Shown: one piece after another, positions 1 to 5,360 of the stretch
Layout: each line of letters starts with the position of its first letter
How positions within the stretch are numbered: position 1 is the stretch's first letter
Assembly: GCF_003334315.1 (NCBI RefSeq)
Contig: NZ_QOWR01000095.1
Origin: Escherichia coli
GTDB lineage: Bacteria > Pseudomonadota > Gammaproteobacteria > Enterobacterales > Enterobacteriaceae
Strand: one strand, 5' to 3'
DNA length: 5,360 nucleotides
Notes under the pieces: generated by a model
What the model was told of the DNA's origin: nothing
Database searches by the model: none
Seen by the model: the letters and a program-made list of their open reading frames with translations, nothing else
Translations under genes and position numbers: made by a program

Positions 1-50
1 CCACGGGAATATCTGCGGCGGCGAACCAGTAATGGGTTAAGTGATAAAAA

Positions 51-293
51 GTGTATGGAAATATAGGGGCCAATCCAGAAGCCAATCTGATAGTTGATAA
101 TTTAATTACAGATAAGTTACCGCTGGAATTTTCTTCATGGGTCGCGAGAATGCGTACGCCAGAAGCGTTAGTAGACGCTATTCGCATTTACCAACAGAGC
201 GCATCGACAGAGGTGAGAACGTATTTTGCCTTGCAGAATGATGGCTTTTTCACCAGTGATATCATCATGGTAGATGCACATAAAGCGGCATAA
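51..293 (+). CDS. yafE: 3' portion of a putative SAM-dependent methyltransferase (YafE-like); only the last ~80 codons are open in this window, so it may be truncated or a pseudogene
   Basis: Open frame ends at TAA 291-293, convergent with mltD and followed by a shared hairpin terminator. Upstream the frame is closed by TGA 42-44 and TAA 45-47, and the other two forward frames also carry stops (TAA 38-40, TAG 64-66), so no frame is open across positions 1-66. The first in-frame start is GTG at 51. The symbol is assigned from synteny as I recall it (the gene convergent with mltD in E. coli K-12); the methyltransferase call is a weak inference from that identification, since the 80 residues contain no diagnostic motif. 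Confidence 0.45.
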   Translation: MYGNIGANPEANLIVDNLITDKLPLEFSSWVARMRTPEALVDAIRIYQQSASTEVRTYFALQNDGFFTSDIIMVDAHKAA

Positions 294-295
294 AT

Positions 296-330
296 AAAAA
301 AGGCACCGGGGGAATCGGTGCCTTTTTATT
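296..330. terminator. Bidirectional intrinsic terminator shared by convergent yafE and mltD
   Basis: Perfect inverted repeat GGCACCG (302-308) / CGGTGCC (316-322) with a 7-nt loop, flanked by an A-tract (296-301) and a T-tract (323-330). Either strand therefore reads as a GC stem followed by a U-run. It lies 3 nt after the yafE stop and about 11-19 nt from the mltD stop. Confidence 0.75.
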
Positions 331-340
331 ATCTGGTTTG

Positions 341-1699
341 TCAGGAATCTGGCATGTTGTTGTTTTTCACAAACAACGTCAGCTTATCGCCTGGTTGCAG
401 ATTCGCAGTGTCGCTGTTCCAGCGCATCACATCTTTGATGTTCACGCCGTGGCGTTTAGCAATGCTTGAAAGCGAATCGCCTTTGCGCACACGATACGTA
501 ATGCTATCGCTGTTGTTTGCCAGTCGCTGTGCGCTACTGCCTGCACCAATCGTCAAACTTTGGCCTGGCTTCAGCTTAGATCCGCGCAGTTTGTTCCACT
601 GCTGCAAATCTTTGGTGCTTACGCCGAGACGTGAAGCGATACTTGAAAGCGTGTCGCCAGAGCGTACGGTGTAAACACGGCTGTTAAGCGGCGTATTGTC
701 GGCAACCAGCGTCGACTGTACAGCAGCAATTTCGCCTGAAGCCAGAGATTCACGCAGTTGATCTGCATGCTTCTTTGGCACCATCACGTACTGCGGGCCA
801 CTTGCGCCCAGCGTGGAGCCTTTTACGCCAGCGTTGAATGTCTTCAGCTTGCTGACGGAAATCCCCGCCATATCTGCTACCTTCGCCATTTCAACCGGGC
901 TGCTCAGGTGCACACGCGCCAGAGCACGGCTTTCATCGGTCGTTGGCAGACGTACGCCATAACGCTTGCTGTTTTTGAGAATATCACTCAATGCCAGCAT
1001 TTTAGGCACGTACTGCTTCGTTTCCTGCGGCAACGGTAACGACCAGAAGTCCGTGGATTTCCCACGCGCTTTGTTGGTTTTAATTGCCTTCATGACCCGA
1101 CCTTCGCCGCTGTTATAAGCCGCTACGGTCAGAAGCCAGTCGCCGTCAAACATTTTGTTCAGACGCTGCATCATATTCAGCGCGGCAGTTGTTGAAGCAA
1201 CAACATCGCGACGCGCGTCATAATTGCGGGTCTGTTTCAAACCATAATTGCGCCCCGTGCTCGGAATGATCTGCCAGATGCCTGCGGCATTGGCGCCAGA
1301 CGTTGCGTGAGGATCAAAAGCGCTCTCCACTATGGGTAGTAGTACCAGTTCCATAGGCATGTTACGTTTTTTAACTTGCCCTGCTATCCAGTACATATAC
1401 GGCTCTGCCCGTAAAGTTACATCGTGGAGATAGCTCTTATTGCGTAAATATTTCTGTTTCTGTTCGCGAATCCGGTCATTTTCCGGAATTCCCATCTTTA
1501 GCTCGTCGCCAATGAAAGCCCACAAGTCACCATCTGGCGCGATAGACGTCCCATCGTCCATCCATCGTGCCTGACTTGTAAACTTTGCTGCTTCCCCTTG
1601 ACCAGCTGCAGAAAGGCTCTGTGCGTGCTGTTGAACGTTGCCGGTACTCTGGCAACCCACGAGCAGGACAGAGGCGAGTAATATCGCTTTTGCCTTCAT
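341..1699 (-). CDS. mltD: Membrane-bound lytic murein transglycosylase D (lipoprotein with a lytic transglycosylase domain and two C-terminal LysM repeats)
   Basis: 452-aa ORF. N-terminus MKAKAILLASVLLVGC has a signal peptide and LVGC lipobox. The lytic transglycosylase catalytic region is present (LPIVESAFDP ... AAYNSGEG). Two LysM-like repeats occur at the C-terminus (YTVRSGDTLSSIASRLGV..., YRVRKGDSLSSIAKRHGV...). Length and sequence match E. coli MltD as I recall it. Confidence 0.95.
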   Translation of the reverse strand: MKAKAILLASVLLVGCQSTGNVQQHAQSLSAAGQGEAAKFTSQARWMDDGTSIAPDGDLWAFIGDELKMGIPENDRIREQKQKYLRNKSYLHDVTLRAEPYMYWIAGQVKKRNMPMELVLLPIVESAFDPHATSGANAAGIWQIIPSTGRNYGLKQTRNYDARRDVVASTTAALNMMQRLNKMFDGDWLLTVAAYNSGEGRVMKAIKTNKARGKSTDFWSLPLPQETKQYVPKMLALSDILKNSKRYGVRLPTTDESRALARVHLSSPVEMAKVADMAGISVSKLKTFNAGVKGSTLGASGPQYVMVPKKHADQLRESLASGEIAAVQSTLVADNTPLNSRVYTVRSGDTLSSIASRLGVSTKDLQQWNKLRGSKLKPGQSLTIGAGSSAQRLANNSDSITYRVRKGDSLSSIAKRHGVNIKDVMRWNSDTANLQPGDKLTLFVKNNNMPDS

Positions 1700-1731
1700 G
1701 TGTGTGTCAATAGTTGCTTAAAAGACGACCG

Positions 1732-1760
1732 ATCATAACGGCGAACGGAGCCGATGACAA
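1732..1760 (-). promoter_or_regulatory. Candidate sigma70 promoter for mltD
   Basis: On the minus strand: -35 TTGTCA (plus coordinates 1755-1760), a 17-bp spacer, and -10 TATGAT (plus 1732-1737), about 30 nt upstream of the mltD ATG. It sits in the 71-bp gloB-mltD gap. Sequence match only. Confidence 0.35.
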
Positions 1761-1770
1761 GAAAGTTTTA

Positions 1771-2529
<759 letters not shown>

Positions 2530-2559
2530 TTACCTCTCAGTGTGAAACGGAAGGTTGTG

Positions 2560-3282
2560 ATGAAACCGGCAAGAGTCCCTCAAACTGTCGTGGCTCCTGA
2601 TTGCTGGGGCGATTTGCCCTGGGGAAAGCTTTATCGCAAGGCGCTGGAGCGCCAGCTCAACCCGTGGTTCACTAAAATGTATGGTTTTCATCTGCTTAAG
2701 ATTGGCAATTTAAGCGCAGAAATCAATTGCGAAGCGTGCGCGGTTTCTCATCAAGTGAATGTTTCTGCGCAAGGAATGCCCGTCCAGGTACAGGCGGACC
2801 CACTTCATCTTCCTTTTGCCGATAAATCCGTTGATGTTTGTCTACTGGCACATACATTGCCGTGGTGCACCGATCCGCATCGTTTATTGCGTGAAGCCGA
2901 TCGGGTATTGATTGATGATGGCTGGCTGGTCATTAGTGGCTTCAATCCCATCAGTTTTATGGGATTACGCAAACTTGTGCCGGTATTGCGCAAAACCTCG
3001 CCCTATAACAGCCGGATGTTTACTCTGATGCGGCAGCTGGACTGGCTCTCTTTGTTGAATTTTGAAGTGCTACACGCCAGCCGTTTCCACGTTCTCCCGT
3101 GGAACAAACACGGAGGAAAACTATTGAATGCGCATATTCCTGCGCTTGGTTGCTTACAACTTATTGTTGCCCGGAAACGGACTATTCCTTTAACGCTAAA
3201 TCCGATGAAACAGAGTAAAAACAAGCCACGAATTCGCCAGGCGGTTGGAGCCACCCGGCAATGTCGTAAACCACAGGCTTAA
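2560..3282 (+). CDS. yafS: Putative SAM-dependent methyltransferase YafS
   Basis: ORF in frame 1 ending at TAA 3280-3282. The preferred start is ATG 2560 (MKPARVP...), preceded by GGAAGG at 2549-2554 with a 5-nt spacer; this gives 240 aa. The track's upstream GTG at 2542 would add 6 residues but has no better RBS. The product call follows the usual annotation of this conserved gene; I did not verify motifs beyond a general methyltransferase-like composition. Confidence 0.85.
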
Positions 3283-3746
3283 ACTTCAACTTGGTAGCCT
3301 GTATCTTCCAGTGTGGGATTCATCGCCGCGGCACGAGCCAGTTCATCACAGCGTTCGTTTTCCGGGTGTCCGGCATGGCCTTTAACCCATTCCCATTTGA
3401 TTTGATGCTGCCCCAATGCAGCATCAAGACGTTGCCAGAGATCGACATTTTTTACTGGTTTTTTGTCTGCGGTTTTCCAGCCACGTTTTTTCCAGTTATG
3501 GATCCACTGGGTGATACCCTGGCGGACATACTGGCTGTCGGTACTCAAAATGACTTCGCAATGTTCTTTTAACGCCTCCAGCGCGACAATAGCGGCCATC
3601 AACTCCATACGGTTGTTGGTGGTGCGGGTGTAGCCAGCGCTAAAGGTTTTCTCGCGTCCGCGATAGCGTAAAATAGCGCCGTAACCCCCAGGTCCTGGAT
3701 TGCCCAGACACGAACCATCGGTGAAAATTTCTACCTGTTTAAGCAT
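3279..3746 (-). CDS. rnhA: Ribonuclease HI
   Basis: 155-aa product [21 protein letters not shown]...[21 protein letters not shown] with the RNase H carboxylate residues in their expected contexts ([25 protein letters not shown]). The start is ATG at 3744-3746 (minus strand) preceded by AGGAAG. The 192-aa ORF in the track is an in-frame upstream extension lacking an RBS. Confidence 0.95.
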
Positions 3747-3810
3747 CTCTGGTAGACTTCCTGTAATTGAATCGAACTGTAAAACGACAAGTCTGACATA
3801 AATGACCGCT
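3747..3810. promoter_or_regulatory. Divergent rnhA/dnaQ intergenic control region
   Basis: 64-bp AT-rich gap between back-to-back start codons (rnhA 3746 on minus, dnaQ 3811 on plus). It contains -35/-10-like hexamers (TTGAAT 3767-3772, ATAAAT 3798-3803), but I could not pair them into a confident promoter. Divergent overlapping promoters are established for this gene pair in E. coli. Confidence 0.5.
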
Positions 3811-4542
3811 ATGAGCACTGCAATTACACGCCAGATCGTTCTCGATACCGAAACCACCGGTATGAACCAGATTGGTGCGCACTATGAAGGCCACAAGATC
3901 ATTGAGATTGGTGCCGTTGAAGTGGTGAACCGTCGCCTGACGGGCAATAACTTCCATGTTTATCTCAAACCCGATCGGCTGGTGGATCCGGAAGCCTTTG
4001 GCGTACATGGTATTGCCGATGAATTTTTGCTCGATAAGCCCACGTTTGCCGAAGTAGCCGATGAGTTCATGGACTATATTCGCGGCGCGGAGTTGGTGAT
4101 CCATAACGCAGCGTTCGATATCGGCTTTATGGACTACGAGTTTTCGTTGCTTAAGCGCGATATTCCGAAGACCAATACTTTCTGTAAGGTCACCGATAGC
4201 CTTGCGGTGGCGAGGAAAATGTTTCCCGGTAAGCGCAACAGCCTCGATGCGTTATGTGCTCGCTACGAAATAGATAACAGTAAACGAACGCTGCACGGGG
4301 CATTACTCGATGCCCAGATCCTTGCGGAAGTTTATCTGGCGATGACCGGTGGTCAAACGTCGATGGCTTTTGCGATGGAAGGAGAGACACAACAGCAACA
4401 AGGTGAAGCAACAATTCAGCGCATTGTACGTCAGGCAAGTAAGTTACGCGTTGTTTTTGCGACAGATGAAGAGATTGCAGCTCATGAAGCCCGTCTCGAT
4501 CTGGTGCAGAAGAAAGGCGGAAGTTGCCTCTGGCGAGCATAA
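3811..4542 (+). CDS. dnaQ: DNA polymerase III epsilon subunit (3'-5' proofreading exonuclease)
   Basis: 243-aa product [17 protein letters not shown]... with the DEDDh exonuclease motifs (Exo I DTETTG, Exo II HNAAFD, Exo [17 protein letters not shown]) and the C-terminal QTSMAF beta-clamp-binding motif. An alternative in-frame ATG at 3802 would add 3 residues; 3811 corresponds to the canonical protein. Confidence 0.95.
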
Positions 4543-4617
4543 ATACCTGTGAAAGGCGCTAAAAATAGCGACTTGGGCGATTTTTGCAGCAAACGATTCA
4601 AAAGATGAGAAAAACCG

Positions 4618-4646
4618 TTGACGAAGGTCGAGGCAATCCGTAATAT
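4618..4646 (+). promoter_or_regulatory. sigma70 promoter of tRNA-Asp (aspV)
   Basis: -35 TTGACG (4618-4623), 17-bp spacer, -10 TAATAT (4641-4646), followed by a GC-rich discriminator TCGCCTCG (4647-4654) and preceded by an A-rich stretch (4600-4616) that could act as an UP element. The tRNA begins about 28 nt after the -10. This architecture is typical of stringently controlled stable-RNA promoters. Confidence 0.6.
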
Positions 4647-4674
4647 TCGCCTCGTTCCCAACGGAACACAACGC

Positions 4675-4751
4675 GGAGCGGTAGTTCAGTCGGTTAGAAT
4701 ACCTGCCTGTCACGCAGGGGGTCGCGGGTTCGAGTCCCGTCCGTTCCGCCA
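4675..4751 (+). tRNA. aspV: tRNA-Asp (anticodon GUC), 77 nt with encoded CCA
   Basis: GGAGCGGTAGTTCAGTCGGTTAGAATACCTGCCTGTCACGCAGGGGGTCGCGGGTTCGAGTCCCGTCCGTTCCGCCA. Acceptor stem GGAGCGG/CCGTTCC, GTC anticodon in a CCTGTCACG loop, and a T-arm GGTTCGAGTCC. The locus name comes from its position immediately downstream of dnaQ. Confidence 0.97.
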
Positions 4752-4781
4752 CTATTCACTCATGAAAATGAGTTCAGAGAG

Positions 4782-4811
4782 CCGCAAGATTTTTAATTTT
4801 GCGGTTTTTTT
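4782..4811 (+). terminator. Intrinsic terminator downstream of tRNA-Asp
   Basis: Stem CCGCAA (4782-4787) / TTGCGG (4799-4804) with an AT-rich loop, followed by a T7 run (4805-4811). Confidence 0.6.
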
Positions 4812-4907
4812 GTATTTGAATTCCACCATTTCTCTGTTCAATGATTTTACTCTGGCGTAGGTGCGTGATTCTCGCTTGTTGTCTCATTCATTAAAATTCA
4901 ATAATGA

Positions 4908-4930
4908 GGTAATGACTCCAACTTATTGAT
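4908..4930. repeat. IS1 terminal inverted repeat (right end)
   Basis: GGTAATGACTCCAACTTATTGAT at the element boundary, the characteristic ~23-bp IS1 end. The partner repeat lies outside the window. Confidence 0.85.
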
Positions 4931-5360
4931 AGTGTTTTATGTTCAGATAATGCCCGATGACTTTGTCATGCAGCTCCACCGATTTTGAGAACGACAGCGA
5001 CTTCCGTCCCAGCCGTGCCAGGTGCTGCCTCAGATTCAGGTTATGCCGCTCAATTCGCTGCGTATATCGCTTGCTGATTACGTGCAGCTTTCCCTTCAGG
5101 CGGGATTCATACAGCGGCCAGCCATCCGTCATCCATATCACCACGTCAAAGGGTGACAGCAGGCTCATAAGACGCCCCAGCGTCGCCATAGTGCGTTCAC
5201 CGAATACGTGCGCAACAACCGTCTTCCGGAGACTGTCATACGCGTAAAACAGCCAGCGCTGGCGCGATTTAGCCCCGACATAGCCCCACTGTTCGTCCAT
5301 TTCCGCGCAGACGATGACGTCACTGCCCGGCTGTATGCGCGAGGTTACCGACTGCGGCCT
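4923..5360 (-). CDS. insB: IS1 transposase InsB (ORF B of the InsAB' frameshift fusion), 5'-truncated by the window edge
   Basis: The minus-strand frame is open from the window end (5360) to TAA at 4923-4925 and encodes ...[145 protein letters not shown]. The track's 125-aa ORF (4923-5300) starts at an internal Met. Confidence 0.93.
   Translation of the reverse strand, partial: RPQSVTSRIQPGSDVIVCAEMDEQWGYVGAKSRQRWLFYAYDSLRKTVVAHVFGERTMATLGRLMSLLSPFDVVIWMTDGWPLYESRLKGKLHVISKRYTQRIERHNLNLRQHLARLGRKSLSFSKSVELHDKVIGHYLNIKHYQ

Larger units (their letters stand above)
4908..5360 (-). mobile_element. IS1 insertion sequence, partial (right end plus most of insB; continues past the window edge)
   Basis: From 4908 the sequence matches the IS1 right terminus read in reverse (GGTAATGACTCCAACTTATTGATAGTGTT...). 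It encodes the InsB C-terminal sequence on the minus strand. A full IS1 is about 768 bp, so roughly 315 bp, including insA and the left inverted repeat, lie outside the window. Confidence 0.95.

Noticed and set aside
1-66. Possible IS end or junction at the 5' edge (loose resemblance of AGTGTATGG to the IS1 terminus motif TAGTGTATGATGG)
   Set aside because: The similarity covers only about 9 bases, and the flanking sequence does not match the IS1 inverted repeat (no GGTGATGCTGCCAACTTACTGAT). It is more simply read as decayed yafE coding sequence.
318-674. 118-aa plus-strand ORF with an internally repetitive sequence
   Set aside because: It lies entirely antisense to mltD, and its repetitiveness is the mirror image of the LysM repeat coding sequence. 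It has no RBS and begins inside the terminator hairpin.
758-1039. 93-aa plus-strand ORF
   Set aside because: Antisense to and nested within the well-supported mltD CDS; no independent support.
2542-2559. GTG start extending yafS by 6 codons (MKRKVV-)
   Set aside because: The downstream ATG at 2560 has a well-placed GGAAGG Shine-Dalgarno, and the GTG start would begin only 15 nt from the gloB start. I kept 2560 as the start; ribosome profiling or N-terminal proteomics would settle it.
2805-3254. Two minus-strand ORFs (62 aa and 83 aa)
   Set aside because: Both are antisense to and nested within yafS; Cys/Arg-rich low-complexity translations typical of the wrong frame.
3291-3572. 93-aa plus-strand ORF
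   Set aside because: Antisense to rnhA, whose translation matches RNase HI as I recall it.
3802-3810. Alternative dnaQ start at ATG 3802 (MTAMSTAIT...)
   Set aside because: Possible, but the canonical 243-aa epsilon subunit begins at the ATG at 3811. Neither start has a strong Shine-Dalgarno, so the sequence alone cannot decide; I kept the canonical start.
3747-3857. N-terminal extension of rnhA to 192 aa
   Set aside because: The extension would run through the rnhA/dnaQ intergenic region and into dnaQ coding sequence. The internal ATG at 3746 has an AGGAAG RBS and yields the canonical 155-aa enzyme.
3739-4104. 121-aa minus-strand ORF
   Set aside because: Antisense to the dnaQ 5' region, including the Exo I/II motif coding sequence; no RBS.
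4543-4617. Possible dnaQ terminator hairpin (CGCTAAAAATAGCG around 4556-4569)
   Set aside because: The stem is only 5 bp with no following U-run, so it is too weak to call. dnaQ transcripts may instead terminate at the tRNA-Asp terminator.
4190-4752. Minus-strand ORFs of 116 and 102 aa and a plus-strand ORF of 67 aa
   Set aside because: Antisense to or nested in dnaQ, or overlapping the tRNA-Asp gene and its promoter; spurious.
4618-4860. 80-aa plus-strand ORF spanning tRNA-Asp
   Set aside because: It reads straight through the tRNA gene and its terminator; a stable-RNA locus, not protein-coding.
4957-5247. 96-aa plus-strand ORF inside IS1
   Set aside because: Antisense to insB; IS1 is not known to encode a protein on this strand, and the translation is Cys/Arg/Ser-rich low complexity.

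Overview
This window is a conserved enterobacterial core-chromosome segment of Escherichia coli/Shigella type, ending in a partial IS1 insertion sequence; I see no support for a novel multi-gene system. The gene order is yafE (3' fragment, +) > terminator < mltD (-) < gloB (-) > yafS (+) < rnhA (-) > dnaQ (+) > tRNA-Asp aspV (+), then the right end of IS1 with a 5'-truncated insB that runs off the window. Calls for mltD, gloB, rnhA, dnaQ, the tRNA and IS1 rest on translations and sequence that I recognise from memory as matching the known E. coli proteins and elements; no search was run. The main accessory-type signal is IS1 sitting 156 bp downstream of tRNA-Asp, a tRNA locus of the kind that commonly borders genomic islands; whatever it flanks lies beyond the 3' edge. 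Secondary observations are a probably disrupted yafE 3' fragment, overlapping stop codons of the convergent yafS and rnhA genes, and very tight divergent gene pairs (gloB/yafS, rnhA/dnaQ). All other ORFs in the six-frame track are antisense or nested within these genes and are treated as spurious.
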